Of a stretch of DNA of 64,000 nt, positions 8,993 to 20,710 are shown one piece after another. Positions within the stretch are counted from its first letter, which is position 1, and every line of letters starts with the position of its first letter. The position numbers were made by a program, and so were the translations under genes. The notes under the pieces were generated by a model. That model was not told the origin of the DNA. It made no database searches and saw only the letters and a list, made by a program, of their open reading frames with translations. The DNA comes from Pseudomonadota bacterium (GTDB lineage Bacteria > Pseudomonadota > Alphaproteobacteria > G022571365): NCBI GenBank assembly GCA_022571365.1, contig JACZXZ010000007.1, positions 3,366 through 67,365 on the forward strand, given 5' to 3'.

Positions 8993-10792
8993 ATGAGCAC
9001 CGCGACCGCCGTGCCGGTCGAAAGCGAGGCCCTGGGGGCGCTGCCCGAGTGGGATCTGGGCGATCTCTACCCGGGCCCGGAGGCCCCGGCCCTGGGTCGG
9101 GATCTCGAGGCGGCGGAGGCTGCCGCCAAGGCCTTCGGTGAGCGCTATCAGGGCCGGCTCGCCGGGCTTGGGGGCGGCGCGCTGGGCGCGGCGGTGGCCG
9201 AGTACGAGCGCATCGACGAGACGCTCTCCCGGATCATGAGCTACGCCCAGCTCCTCTATGCGGGCGATATGGCCACGCCCGAGATCGGCCGCTTCTTCCA
9301 GACCATGCAGGAGCGGACCAACGCCATCGCCACCGAAACCCTGTTCTTCACCCTTGAGCTCAACCGCCTCGACGACGCCGCGCTGGCCCGGAAGCTCAAG
9401 GCGGCCAGGCTCGCCCGCTACGGCCCCTGGATCCGGGACGTCCGCGCCTTCAGGCCGCATCAACTCTCGGACGAGGTCGAACGGCTTTTGCACGAGAAAC
9501 ACGTCGTCGGCCGCGCCGCGTGGATCCGCCTGTTCGACGAGACCGTGGCGGACCTGCGCTTTCCGGTCGGGGACAAGCGGCTCACCAGCGCCGAGGTGCT
9601 GCACCTGTTGTCCGACAAGGACCCGGCGGTCCGGCGCGAGGCGGCTTCCTCCCTGGGCCGGGTGCTGGGCGAGCAGGTGCGCACCTTCGCGCTCATCACC
9701 AACACGCTCGCCAAGGACAAGGAGATCGAGGACCGATTGCGCGGCTATAAGCGGCCGGTGTCTCCCCGCAATCTCGCAAACCACGTCGAGGACGAGGTGG
9801 TCGATGCGCTGGTGGAAGCCGTGAGGGGTGCCTATCCGGCGCTGTCACACCGCTACTACAAGATCAAGGCGCGCTGGTTCGGGGTCAAGCAGCTCGACTA
9901 CTGGGACCGCAACGCGCCGCTCGAGGAGGACGACGACCGGACGATCCCATGGGAGGAGGCGCGCGCCCGGGTGCTCGACGCCTATGCCGGCTTCTCGTCC
10001 AGGATGGCCGAGGTCGGCCGGCGCTTTTTCGACCATTCGTGGATCGATGCCGGCCCGCGCCCGGGCAAGGCGCCGGGGGCGTTCGCCCACCCCGCCGTGG
10101 CGGACGTCCACCCCTATCTGTTGCTCAACTATCAGGGCAAGACCCGGGATGTGATGACGCTCGCCCATGAGCTCGGCCACGGCGTTCATCAGCTGCTCGC
10201 CGCGCCCCGGGGGCAGCTCATGGCGGACACGCCCTTGACCCTGGCCGAGACCGCGTCGGTGTTCGGCGAGATGCTGACCTTCCGCGCGCTCCTCGATGCC
10301 GAGACCGACCGGGGAAGGCGCCGGGTCATACTCGCCGCCAAGGTCGAGGACATGCTCAACACGGTGGTGCGCCAGACGGCGTTCTACGAGTTCGAGAGCC
10401 GGGTGCACGACGAGCGCCGCAGGGCCGAGCTGACGCCCAGGCAAATCGGCGAGCTGTGGCTCGAGACCCAACGCGCGAGCCTGGGGCCGGCCATCCGCTT
10501 CGCGGACGACTACCAGTACTACTGGGCCTATATCCCGCACTTCATCCATACCCCGTTCTACGTCTACGCCTACGCCTTCGGCGAGTGCCTGGTGAACGCG
10601 CTCTACGCCGCCTACCAGGAGGCGCCGGCGGGGTTCGAGGAGAAGTATCTCGAGCTGTTGAAGGCCGGCGGCACCCTTCGCCATAAGGAGCTCTTGGAGC
10701 CGTTCGGCCTCGACGCGGGCGACCCGGCGTTTTGGGCCAAGGGGCTCGGCGTCATCGAGGGCTTCATCGACGAGCTGGAGGACTCGGCGTGA
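8993..10792 (+). CDS. pepF: M3B oligoendopeptidase F
   Basis: WDLGDLY N-terminus, TLAHELGHGVH zinc motif, AETASVFGE, IPHFIHTPFYVYAYAFG. Confidence 0.92.
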   Translation: MSTATAVPVESEALGALPEWDLGDLYPGPEAPALGRDLEAAEAAAKAFGERYQGRLAGLGGGALGAAVAEYERIDETLSRIMSYAQLLYAGDMATPEIGRFFQTMQERTNAIATETLFFTLELNRLDDAALARKLKAARLARYGPWIRDVRAFRPHQLSDEVERLLHEKHVVGRAAWIRLFDETVADLRFPVGDKRLTSAEVLHLLSDKDPAVRREAASSLGRVLGEQVRTFALITNTLAKDKEIEDRLRGYKRPVSPRNLANHVEDEVVDALVEAVRGAYPALSHRYYKIKARWFGVKQLDYWDRNAPLEEDDDRTIPWEEARARVLDAYAGFSSRMAEVGRRFFDHSWIDAGPRPGKAPGAFAHPAVADVHPYLLLNYQGKTRDVMTLAHELGHGVHQLLAAPRGQLMADTPLTLAETASVFGEMLTFRALLDAETDRGRRRVILAAKVEDMLNTVVRQTAFYEFESRVHDERRRAELTPRQIGELWLETQRASLGPAIRFADDYQYYWAYIPHFIHTPFYVYAYAFGECLVNALYAAYQEAPAGFEEKYLELLKAGGTLRHKELLEPFGLDAGDPAFWAKGLGVIEGFIDELEDSA

Positions 10793-12138
10793 CCAAATCC
10801 TCGGAAGGCAGCACGCTCTCCGGCCGGGTCCGGCGCTATGCCCGGGTCTCGGCGACGGTCGGCGGGCTGGCCGCGCGCGTCGCGGGCGCGCACTATCTCG
10901 GCTTCGACCTCGACCGGGGCAAGCACGCGGCGGAGTTGGGGGCGGCGCTCGGCGGGCTCAAGGGCCCGCTGATGAAGGTCGCCCAGTTGATATCCACCGT
11001 TCCCGACGCGCTGCCCGAGGAGTACGTCCAGCAACTGACCCAGCTCCAGGCCAACGCGCCCTCCATGGGCTGGCGCTTCGTCCGGCGCCGCATGGCGGCG
11101 GAGCTGGGCCCGGACTGGCAGGGCCGCTTCAAGTCGTTCGAGCGCCAGGCGGCCAGGGCCGCTTCCCTGGGCCAGGTTCACCGGGCCGTCGGCCTCGACG
11201 GGAGCGCGCTCGCCTGCAAGCTCCAGTACCCCGACATGCAGTCGGCGGTCGAGGCCGATCTCAACCAGCTGAAGCTGGTGATGGCGATCTACGAGCGCTA
11301 CGACCGGGCGGTGGCGACCGGCGAGATCCACGCCGAGATCTCCACCCGCCTGGGCGAGGAGCTGGACTACGAGCGCGAGGCCCGTCACATGGCCCTCTAC
11401 GGCGCCATGCTCCGGCGCGAGCGCGGGGTAAAGGTGCCCGAGCTCGTGCCCGAGCTCTCGACCCGGCGGTTGTTGACCATGACCTGGCTCGACGGCCGGC
11501 CGCTCCTGGACATCGCGCAGGAGCCCCTCGAGCGGCGGAACCGGGTGGCCCACAATCTGTTCCGCGCCTGGTACCTGCCGTTTTACACCTACGGCGTCAT
11601 CCACGGCGATCCCCATCTGGGCAACTACACGGTCAGGCCCGACGGCACCTTGAACCTCATGGACTTCGGCTGCATCCGGGTGTTCCGGGCGTCCTTCGTC
11701 CAGGCTGTGATCGACCTTTATCATGCGCTCCAGAGGGGCGACCGGGCGCTCGCCGTCCACGCCTACGAGACCTGGGGCTTCGAGGGCCTGTCGCGCGAGC
11801 TCATCGAGGCGCTGAACCTGTGGGCGGAGTTCGTCTACGCGCCGCTCATGGAGGACCGCCCGCGGCGCATCCAGGAGAACGAGAGCGGCCTCTACGGCGC
11901 CGAGGTCGCGGCCAGGGTCCACCAGGAGCTGAGACGCTTGGGCGGGGTGACGCCGCCCCGGGAGTTCGTGCTCATGGACCGCGCCGCGATCGGACTGGGC
12001 TCGGTGTTCCTGCGCCTCAAGGCGGAGATCAACTGGTACGAGCTGTTCCACGGGCTCATCGACGGCTTCGATCAGGCCGCCCTCCACCGCCGCCAGGCCC
12101 GCGCCCTCAAGGCCGCCGGCCTGCCCCCGCCGGGGTGA
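10789..12138 (+). CDS. ABC1/UbiB/AarF atypical kinase family protein
   Basis: LKGPLMKVAQ, AASLGQVHRA, KLQYP, HGDPHLGN, DFGC. Confidence 0.9.
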   Translation: MTKSSEGSTLSGRVRRYARVSATVGGLAARVAGAHYLGFDLDRGKHAAELGAALGGLKGPLMKVAQLISTVPDALPEEYVQQLTQLQANAPSMGWRFVRRRMAAELGPDWQGRFKSFERQAARAASLGQVHRAVGLDGSALACKLQYPDMQSAVEADLNQLKLVMAIYERYDRAVATGEIHAEISTRLGEELDYEREARHMALYGAMLRRERGVKVPELVPELSTRRLLTMTWLDGRPLLDIAQEPLERRNRVAHNLFRAWYLPFYTYGVIHGDPHLGNYTVRPDGTLNLMDFGCIRVFRASFVQAVIDLYHALQRGDRALAVHAYETWGFEGLSRELIEALNLWAEFVYAPLMEDRPRRIQENESGLYGAEVAARVHQELRRLGGVTPPREFVLMDRAAIGLGSVFLRLKAEINWYELFHGLIDGFDQAALHRRQARALKAAGLPPPG

Positions 12139-12319
12139 GAAGGGGCCGCCGGCCTGCGCGCCTCCTCCTCCTTGGCGGCCTTCCCCGCGGGCGCGACCGC
12201 TTTGATTGTGCCTGTCCCGCCTCCCACACCCGTGGTCAACCGCCCCCTTGGCAAACCGGGCCGGAGGCGGCATTGTGTGCGCCCGCGAGATTGAGGATGC
12301 GCGCGTTGCCCGGGGGGCA

Positions 12320-12333
12320 TTGATTGAGATCAA
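12320..12333. promoter_or_regulatory. FNR/FixK box upstream of pntAA
   Basis: Perfect TTGAT-TGAG-ATCAA within the palindrome GCATTGAT-N4-ATCAATGC, about 70 bp before the start codon. Confidence 0.8.
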
Positions 12334-12405
12334 TGCGCGCAAATCCAATTCAGGGGCAAACCGGATCGAAGGCCGGATCGGGTCCCGGATCGGGGTGGGA
12401 TCGCC

Positions 12406-13596
12406 ATGAAGATCGCCATAGTGAGGGAACGGCGCCGGGGCGAGCTGCGCGTCGCGGCCTCGCCCGACACCGTGAAAAAGCTCACCCGTTTGGGCGCCGA
12501 GGTGATCGTCGAGACGGGCGCCGGCGAGGGTGCCGCCTTTCCCGACGAGGCCTTTGTTGAGGCCGGCGCGACCATCGCCGAAGAGGAGAAGGCGGCGCTA
12601 GAGGAAGCCGACATCGTGCTCAAGGTGCAGCGGCCGCTGGCCGCGGCCGAGGGCGGCCCGGACGAGCTCGCGCTGATGAAGCCGGGCGCCATCCTGATCG
12701 GCTTGCTCGCGCCCTACGCCGACCACGGCGCCGCAGAGGCCTATGCCGAGCGCAGGCTCACGGCCTTTGCGCTCGAGCTCATGCCGCGCATTTCCCGGGC
12801 CCAGTCCATGGACGCGCTCTCGTCCCAGTCGAACCTGACCGGCTACCAGGCGGTGATCGACGCGGCGGCGGTCTTCGGCAGCGTCATGCCGATGATGATG
12901 ACGGCGGCGGGCACGGTCCCGCCGGCCCGGGTGTTGGTGCTCGGCGCCGGGGTCGCCGGGCTTCAGGCGATCGCCACGGCCCGGCGGCTGGGGGCGGTGG
13001 TCTCGGCCTTCGACGTCCGCCCGGCCGTCAAGGAGGAGGTGGAGAGCCTGGGCGCGGTGTTCATCGAGGTGGAATCGGCGGAGGCGGCCGAGACCAAGGG
13101 CGGCTACGCCCGGGAGATGAGCGCGGACTACCGGCGGCGCCAGACCGAGCGGGTCCACGAGATGCTCAAGACCCAGGACATCGCCATCTGCACGGCGCTC
13201 ATTCCGGGCCGACCGGCGCCGGTTTTGATCACCGGGGCGATGGTCAGGGACATGAAGCCGGGCTCGGTCATCGTCGACCTCGCCGTCAATGAGGGCGGCA
13301 ACTGCGAGCTCTCGGAGCCCGGCAAGGTGGTCCGCAAACACGGGGTCACGATCCTGGGCCATGAAAATGTGCCGAGCCGCGTCGCCACCGACGCCAGCGC
13401 GCTTTACGCGCGCAACCTGCTCAACTTCCTGACCCCGTTCTTCGACGCGGAAACGGGAGAGTTCAAGATTGATTGGGAGGACGAGATCGTCAAGCAAACC
13501 CTGCTCACGCGGGACGGTGCGATCGTTCGCCCGGCACCGGCCGGTAAAGGGGCGCCGACCGGTAAAGGGGCGCCGACCGGTAAAGGAGAGTCGTGA
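12406..13596 (+). CDS. pntAA: NAD(P) transhydrogenase alpha subunit 1
   Basis: [38 protein letters not shown]. Confidence 0.95.
   Translation: MKIAIVRERRRGELRVAASPDTVKKLTRLGAEVIVETGAGEGAAFPDEAFVEAGATIAEEEKAALEEADIVLKVQRPLAAAEGGPDELALMKPGAILIGLLAPYADHGAAEAYAERRLTAFALELMPRISRAQSMDALSSQSNLTGYQAVIDAAAVFGSVMPMMMTAAGTVPPARVLVLGAGVAGLQAIATARRLGAVVSAFDVRPAVKEEVESLGAVFIEVESAEAAETKGGYAREMSADYRRRQTERVHEMLKTQDIAICTALIPGRPAPVLITGAMVRDMKPGSVIVDLAVNEGGNCELSEPGKVVRKHGVTILGHENVPSRVATDASALYARNLLNFLTPFFDAETGEFKIDWEDEIVKQTLLTRDGAIVRPAPAGKGAPTGKGAPTGKGES
13541..13586 (+). repeat. 18-bp tandem repeat (about 2.5 copies) at the pntAA 3' end
   Basis: CCGGTAAAGGGGCGCCGA x2 plus CCGGTAAAGG, encoding GKGAPT repeats. 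Confidence 0.9.
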
Positions 13597-13979
13597 TGGA
13601 CCCGGCCGACCTCGCGGCAGGCGCCTCGGAGTCCGCAACCGGCGCCGCCCGGCTGGCCGCCGAGACGGCCGGCGGCCTCGACCCGTTCATGATCGGGCTC
13701 ACCGTTTTCGCCCTCGCCGTCATCGTCGGCTACTACGTGGTCTGGCGGGTTACGCCGGCCCTGCACTCGCCGCTGCTGTCGGTGACCAACGCGATCTCCA
13801 GCGTCATCATCGTCGGCGCCCTGGTCGCCGCCGGTCCGGTCGAGCTCAACTTCTCGAAGATCATGGGCTTCATCGCCGTGACCCTGGCCTCGGTGAACAT
13901 CTTCGGTGGCTTCATCGTCACCCAGCGCATGCTGCAGATGTTCAAGAAGAAACCTGCCGGGCGAGAGCCGGCGCCGTGA
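13596..13979 (+). CDS. pntAB: NAD(P) transhydrogenase alpha subunit 2
   Basis: [36 protein letters not shown]. Confidence 0.95.
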   Translation: MDPADLAAGASESATGAARLAAETAGGLDPFMIGLTVFALAVIVGYYVVWRVTPALHSPLLSVTNAISSVIIVGALVAAGPVELNFSKIMGFIAVTLASVNIFGGFIVTQRMLQMFKKKPAGREPAP

Positions 13980-15370
13980 GCGAGAATCTCGCCGCGCTCG
14001 CCTACCTGGCGGCGTCCCTTTGCTTCATCATGGCCTTGAGGGGCCTGTCCTCGCCGGAGACGGCGCGCGCCGGCAACGTCTTCGGCATCGCCGGCATGGT
14101 CATCGCCATCACCACCACGCTCCTGTTGCCCGAGGTGGTGAGCTACGTTCAGATTCTGGCCGGCATCGTCGTCGGCGGCGCCATCGGCACCTTCATCGCG
14201 GTCAGGATCCAGATGACCGCCCTGCCCCAGCTGATCGCCGTCTTCCACAGTCTGGTGGGCCTCGCCGCCGTGCTGGTCGCCGCGGCCGCGCTCAATGCGC
14301 CCGAGGCCTACGGCATCGCCGCCGGCGCGGGGATCAAGGTCTCGAGCCTGATCGAGATGTCCTTGGGAACCGCGATCGGCGCCGTCACCTTCACCGGCTC
14401 CGTCGTGGCGTTCGCCAAGCTGCAGGGGCTGGTCTCCGGCAAGCCGCTGACCTTCCCGGGCCAGCACCTGTTGAACGCGCTTCTCGGCGTCGCTCTCGTC
14501 GCGGCTGCGGTGTGGTTCGTCCTCACCGGGTCGCACATGGGGTTCTGGGCATTGGCGGCCCTCGCCTTCACCCTCGGCTTGTTGCTGATCATGCCGATCG
14601 GCGGCGCCGACATGCCGGTCGTCATCTCCATGCTCAACTCCTATTCGGGCTGGGCGGCCTGCGGCATCGGCTTCACGCTCGAGAACAACCTGCTGATCAT
14701 CACCGGCGCGCTGGTGGGATCGTCCGGCGCGATCCTGAGCTACATCATGTGCAAGGGGATGAACCGGTCGATCATCAACGTCATCCTGGGCGGCTTCGGC
14801 GGGGAGGCGGCCCCGGCTCCGGCCGGGGCGGGCGATGAGGACAAGACGGTCAAGCCGGGCAGCGCCGAGGACGCCGCCTTCATCCTTAAAAACGCGCGTT
14901 CGGTCATCGTCGTGCCCGGCTACGGCATGGCGGTGGCCCAGGCCCAGCACGCCCTCAGGGAGCTGGCCGACCTGCTCAAGAAGGCGGGCGTCGGGGTGCG
15001 CTACGCCATCCATCCGGTGGCCGGGCGCATGCCGGGACACATGAACGTGCTCCTGGCCGAGGCCAACGTGCCCTATGACGAGGTCTTCGAGCTCGAAGCG
15101 ATCAACCGGGATTTCGCCTCCACGGACGTGGCCGTGGTCATCGGCGCGAACGACGTGACCAACCCGGCGGCCAAGAATGACCCCAAGAGCCCGATCTACG
15201 GCATGCCGGTGTTCGACGTGGAGAACGCCGGCACCGTGCTGTTCGTCAAGCGCTCGCTGGCCTCGGGTTACGCCGGCGTCGACAACGAGCTGTTCTACCG
15301 CGCCAACACCATGATGCTGTTCGGCGACGCCAAGAAGATGTGCGAGGGCATCATCAAGGCCCTGGGCTGA
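13976..15370 (+). CDS. pntB: NAD(P) transhydrogenase beta subunit
   Basis: [51 protein letters not shown]. Confidence 0.96.
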   Translation: MSENLAALAYLAASLCFIMALRGLSSPETARAGNVFGIAGMVIAITTTLLLPEVVSYVQILAGIVVGGAIGTFIAVRIQMTALPQLIAVFHSLVGLAAVLVAAAALNAPEAYGIAAGAGIKVSSLIEMSLGTAIGAVTFTGSVVAFAKLQGLVSGKPLTFPGQHLLNALLGVALVAAAVWFVLTGSHMGFWALAALAFTLGLLLIMPIGGADMPVVISMLNSYSGWAACGIGFTLENNLLIITGALVGSSGAILSYIMCKGMNRSIINVILGGFGGEAAPAPAGAGDEDKTVKPGSAEDAAFILKNARSVIVVPGYGMAVAQAQHALRELADLLKKAGVGVRYAIHPVAGRMPGHMNVLLAEANVPYDEVFELEAINRDFASTDVAVVIGANDVTNPAAKNDPKSPIYGMPVFDVENAGTVLFVKRSLASGYAGVDNELFYRANTMMLFGDAKKMCEGIIKALG

Positions 15371-15574
15371 AGCGCCGATTCGGGCGGCCCTGCGCCCCAC
15401 ATGCCCTGGTGGCAGGGGATCGACGGCGGCTGCCCCGCCGCCGCGGGAAGGCCGAGGGGGCTCATGGGCGCCATCCGCCGTCTCGTGGGTCGTGGTCCGA
15501 CCGCTGAGGCTTGCGGCCGGCCGGGCCTATGCATAGGCTGTCGCGGTGTTCGCACAGAGAAGAGGGTGGGCTGA

Positions 15575-16780
<1,206 letters not shown>

Positions 16781-17080
16781 GGACAGGTCGTAACCTCCAC
16801 CGGGTTCGTGTCCTTCCGCTCCAATGGGGGGAGAGCCACCGGGGGCGGGGTTCGAGCCCCCGAGGCGTCCCGCGACCACGCTCCCCAGGGCCGATCCTGA
16901 GATCTTTCGACCTTCCCCGTGCCGGCATGGAGGCCGACGCGACGAGGTCTGTCACTGGAACCACCGACGCGCAGGAAGCAGAGCCGTTTGGCTCTCGGCG
17001 GCACGAAGGGTTCCGCTCCGCCAAGGGTGCCATGGGCATAAGCGGAGCGCGCTTGCCCTTGCGGACGGCCCCCCGCCTTG

Positions 17081-17986
17081 CTATTCCGCCTCGGCCAGCT
17101 TCCCGACCGGCGCCCAGCCCGCAACGCCGTGGAAGAAGCCGTTGGAGAAGGCGGCGCCGTTCACCAGCTCGGCCAGGCGCTCCTCCGCTTGCGGCGGATC
17201 ACGACCGTCGAGCCCATCGCGGAACAGCCGCGCCACCTGGACCATGTCGGTGTTGTGGGGCGACAGGCGGAAACGCCTGATTCCCATCTCTTTGAGCGCT
17301 TTGAGCTCCCCCCACAGGTTGCCGTAGGTGGAGGACAGGATCTGGGGACCGTTGATGGCGAGGAAGGGCACCCCGTCCAGGGTCTCGACGTCCATGCCGT
17401 CCGGATCCTGGTCGCAGACGAACTGGCAGTTGTCCTTCAGCAGGCCGCACGACCGGGCGTGATAGCAGCGCGCCGAGATCGCCAGAGGCAGTCGGCCGAA
17501 CACCTGAACCTCCAGTTCCACGTCGCTCGAGGCGGCGAGAACCGCCAGGGACTCGGCCGGCAGCTCCACCGGCAGGCACACGCGCGTCGCCCCGCGCTCG
17601 ACGAGGTAGGCGAGCGTAGCCTCGTTGTAGACGTTGATGAAAGGGCCGATGGCATGGGGCCGGCCCGCCAGCAGGGCCGCGGCCGAGATGTCGTTGGCCT
17701 CCACGTACAGCCCCTCGGTGGCGGCGATGGCGCGGACGTGGGCCGTCTCGCGCTCGTCCATGATTAAGGCCAGGGTCGAAAACACCACCTCCTTCCCGGT
17801 CCTCTCCAGGCGCTCCACCACGGCCGCGAGATAGGGCTCGAAAAGCGGTCGGCGTTTGGAGCACACCACCTCGCCGAGGCAGACGCTGTCCACCGGCGCC
17901 TCGTCCGCGATGCCGAAGTAGAAGTCCCGCCATGCCTCGGGGGCCCAGTTGAAAAGGACCGGGCCCAGCGTCAGCTTCGCTTCCAC
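17081..17986 (-). CDS. ubiV: O2-independent ubiquinone biosynthesis protein UbiV (U32 family)
   Basis: LTLGPVLFNW, GEVVCSKR, SARCYHAR...DNCQFVC Fe-S cysteines; follows ubiU. Confidence 0.92.
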   Translation of the reverse strand: MEAKLTLGPVLFNWAPEAWRDFYFGIADEAPVDSVCLGEVVCSKRRPLFEPYLAAVVERLERTGKEVVFSTLALIMDERETAHVRAIAATEGLYVEANDISAAALLAGRPHAIGPFINVYNEATLAYLVERGATRVCLPVELPAESLAVLAASSDVELEVQVFGRLPLAISARCYHARSCGLLKDNCQFVCDQDPDGMDVETLDGVPFLAINGPQILSSTYGNLWGELKALKEMGIRRFRLSPHNTDMVQVARLFRDGLDGRDPPQAEERLAELVNGAAFSNGFFHGVAGWAPVGKLAEAE

Positions 17987-18024
17987 CTACTTGTCCTCGT
18001 CCATTCCCCGGCGAGCGCGGCGCG

Positions 18025-19014
18025 TCAGCGCCACGTCTTCTCGTAGGCCCCGGCGGTCTCGCGCTGACCTTCCATGACCGCGTGGAGCGCCGGGGCGGGC
18101 ACCGGATCGCCTCTCGCCGCCGCATCCACGGCCCGGCGCAAGGCGGCGACCACCTGAGCGACATAGGCGCGGCCGCGCTGGCGGCCCTCGATCTTCAGCG
18201 CCGTCACGCCGGCCGCTATCAGTTCCGGCAACACGGAAATGGCGCTCAAGGAGGTGGGTTCCTCAAACAGGTAGGCCGCGCGCCCCCGGGTCACGAAGCG
18301 CCCCTTGCACAGGGTCGGGTAGCTCGCCGCCTCGCCGTCGGCGAAGGCGTTGATCGTGAAGTCGCCCAGCCTGCAGACCAACCTGCCACCTTGCTCGATG
18401 TACCGTACATGGCTCGCGGGCGAGCACACCCCGTTCATATTAGGCGACTGGCCGGTGACGTACGACGACAGGGCACAGCGCCCCTCGGCCATGCAGCCCA
18501 CGCTGCCGAAGATGAACACCTCGGTCTCCACCGGAATCTGTTTATTGAGCGCCGCAATCTCGGCGACGGTGAAGATCCGCGGCAGCACAACCCGCTTGAT
18601 GTTGAACTCCCGATGGTAGAAGCAGATGGCCTCGGCGTTGGAGGCCGAAGCCTGCACCGACAGGTGGCGGCGCAGCTCCGGGTGTTTGCGGGCTACATAG
18701 TCGATGAGGCCGATGTCGGCCAGGATAACGGCATCGGCCCCCAAACGGGCGGCGTCATCCACGGCACGGTGCCAGGGGCCAAGGTCGCCGGCGCGGGGAA
18801 AAGTGTTGATGGCGACCAGGATCTTGACCCCGCGGTCGTGGGCGTAGGAGAGCCCTTCTTTGAGCTCGTCCCGGGTGAAATTGAGCCCCGGAAAGTTGCG
18901 GGCATTGGTCTCGTCGCGGAAACCCAAGTAGACCGAGTCGCCGCCGGCGTCCACGGCGGCCTTGAGCGCGGCCGGCGTTCCTGCCGGGCACACCAGCTCC
19001 AGGGCTCTGTTCAT
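18025..19014 (-). CDS. ubiU: O2-independent ubiquinone biosynthesis protein UbiU (U32 family)
   Basis: ELVCPAG, TNARNFPGLNF, CMAEGRCALSSY, GVCSP, YPTLCKGRF, KIEGRQR. Confidence 0.94.
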   Translation of the reverse strand: MNRALELVCPAGTPAALKAAVDAGGDSVYLGFRDETNARNFPGLNFTRDELKEGLSYAHDRGVKILVAINTFPRAGDLGPWHRAVDDAARLGADAVILADIGLIDYVARKHPELRRHLSVQASASNAEAICFYHREFNIKRVVLPRIFTVAEIAALNKQIPVETEVFIFGSVGCMAEGRCALSSYVTGQSPNMNGVCSPASHVRYIEQGGRLVCRLGDFTINAFADGEAASYPTLCKGRFVTRGRAAYLFEEPTSLSAISVLPELIAAGVTALKIEGRQRGRAYVAQVVAALRRAVDAAARGDPVPAPALHAVMEGQRETAGAYEKTWR

Positions 19015-19679
19015 GGCCGCTTCGCCCGGGCCCGACGGCTTCGCCGGCGCGGGGGGCTCAAGCGCTCTTCCAGACCGTCCAGCTCGGCGGCCAGCGCGTC
19101 GCTGCGCATGATCGCCGGGGCGATCGTCGCCGCGCGCAGGGTTTCCAGGTCCTCGGCCGCGCGGGCGAACACCGCGCCGGCGCCCCGGACCAGAAAGCGG
19201 GCCGGCCTCGCCAACGGACCGAGGAAGGAGAGCAGGTCGGCCACGATGTCGATCTCCGCGCCGTCCACGGCGTTGCGGAGCGCCACCACGGCCTCGGTCT
19301 CGCCCTCGATCACCAGATCGCGGGAAAAGAACAGGGCGTCCCCGTCTATACGCCCTTCCAGGAGATCAATGAGGCTCAGGAGGGGAGCGCGGATCGTGGC
19401 CGTCGCCTCGACCGCTCCCGCGCCGCCGAGGGCGACGAGGCTGGGCGCCTCCGCGTCGGGGTGCAACAGGAAGACGAAGGGCAGGTCCACCGGATCGATG
19501 AGGAACAAGGTATCGCCCAGCTCCGCCAGCCGCTCGAACATGGCGGGGTGGCGGCGGTGTATGATCGTCATCGCGACGGTCAGCGCCGGCTGCAACAAGA
19601 CCGGCGGCATCGGCCGTAGCGCCAAGCCGACCAGCAACACCGGGGACAAAGGCGGCGTCTGGCGTCGTGGCTCGCTCAT
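19011..19679 (-). CDS. ubiT: SCP2-domain ubiquinone accessory factor UbiT
   Basis: DGDALFFSRDLVIEGETEAVVALRNAVD; directly upstream of ubiUV. Confidence 0.88.
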   Translation of the reverse strand: MSEPRRQTPPLSPVLLVGLALRPMPPVLLQPALTVAMTIIHRRHPAMFERLAELGDTLFLIDPVDLPFVFLLHPDAEAPSLVALGGAGAVEATATIRAPLLSLIDLLEGRIDGDALFFSRDLVIEGETEAVVALRNAVDGAEIDIVADLLSFLGPLARPARFLVRGAGAVFARAAEDLETLRAATIAPAIMRSDALAAELDGLEERLSPPRRRSRRARAKRP

Positions 19680-19761
19680 CGCGAAGTATGGGCGCGGTAT
19701 GGGCCTTTTGGCGGCGTCGTCCTGGCGTGCCAGACGCTCCGTCCGCCGTCTTTCAGGGGCA

Positions 19762-19775
19762 TTGGCCAAGATCAA
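19762..19775 (-). promoter_or_regulatory. degenerate FNR box upstream of ubiT
   Basis: Minus strand TTGAT-CTTG-GCCAA (8/10 match); FNR control of ubiTUV is established in other proteobacteria. Confidence 0.55.
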
Positions 19776-19888
19776 ATAACCTCCGACCACCGGCCGGTGC
19801 CGCTGGGGCTGCGCCCCCGACGCGGGTGCCGTGGCCCGCATCTCGCGGCGCCGGGCGGGGAAGCGGCGAGGCGTGAAGCACGGCCAGC

Positions 19889-20545
19889 TCAGCCGACGGC
19901 TTGATCAGGGTAAGCTAGCTCATGCCGGGCTCTCCATTCGTCCTTGACGTAGTTGACGATTATCAATTTCCGCACGCCGTCGATGGGGCGCTTGTGGAAT
20001 CCGTGCCAAGTGTTCGTTCCCGGAATAAAGATGAGCCCGCAGTTGAACTCGTAGGGCACGGTGGCGACGAGGTTCAACTTTTCGTCCAGTATATCGGTGC
20101 CCCATTTTTCCGACCCCGGGTCCGTCGACAGGTATACCAGCATGGTAAACAGCTTCGCGCTTATGTCGGTATGGGGCTCCAGCCAGAAACCATCCGTGTC
20201 CTGGCAGTACTCGATGCGGAGAAAACTCCCCTTCAGCGCCACCCCGCAGGTGCTTTCTAATTTCCTGATCGTTGTTCCGTTTTGCAGCGCCTTCGCTACC
20301 TCGCGGCAGACATCGAAACGGCGGCGGTTCTCCACCGAGAAAAAAGTCCTCGTGTCGTTGTTTGTCTCCCGTTTTCCCTTGGTGTCCTTGATGCGAGGCG
20401 GATCAAGAGGAAGTGCCTTTACTGCATTGCAGACATCCTCCGGGAACACGTCTCCGAGAAACCAATGCCGGTACGGCTTGGTCCCGGCCCGGCCGTGATC
20501 TAAACAAGCAAAGAACTTGTCCATTATCGCGGCGGTATCGATCAC
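19889..20545 (-). CDS. Fe(II)/2-oxoglutarate oxygenase family protein
   Basis: FWLEPHTD (HxD), WHGF distal His, then RKLIIVNY. Confidence 0.8.
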   Translation of the reverse strand: MIDTAAIMDKFFACLDHGRAGTKPYRHWFLGDVFPEDVCNAVKALPLDPPRIKDTKGKRETNNDTRTFFSVENRRRFDVCREVAKALQNGTTIRKLESTCGVALKGSFLRIEYCQDTDGFWLEPHTDISAKLFTMLVYLSTDPGSEKWGTDILDEKLNLVATVPYEFNCGLIFIPGTNTWHGFHKRPIDGVRKLIIVNYVKDEWRARHELAYPDQAVG

Positions 20546-20710
20546 TGGTGTGCCCTCTCTTCAAAGTTCGATATTCGCGCATTTCGACCGCCCCTTCCTG
20601 CTCCGAAGCCTCACGGCTTTCGACGCCTTATCGGAACAGGCTGGCCTCGCTCGGTTCATCGGCGTCCTTTTTCGCGATCGCGTTTGGGCCCTGGCAGCGC
20701 GCGCGAAATC

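Noticed and set aside
16795-16880. GGGTTCGAGCCC T-loop-like motif after the aminotransferase
   Set aside because: No acceptor, D or anticodon stems could be built; more likely GC-rich hairpins between convergent genes.
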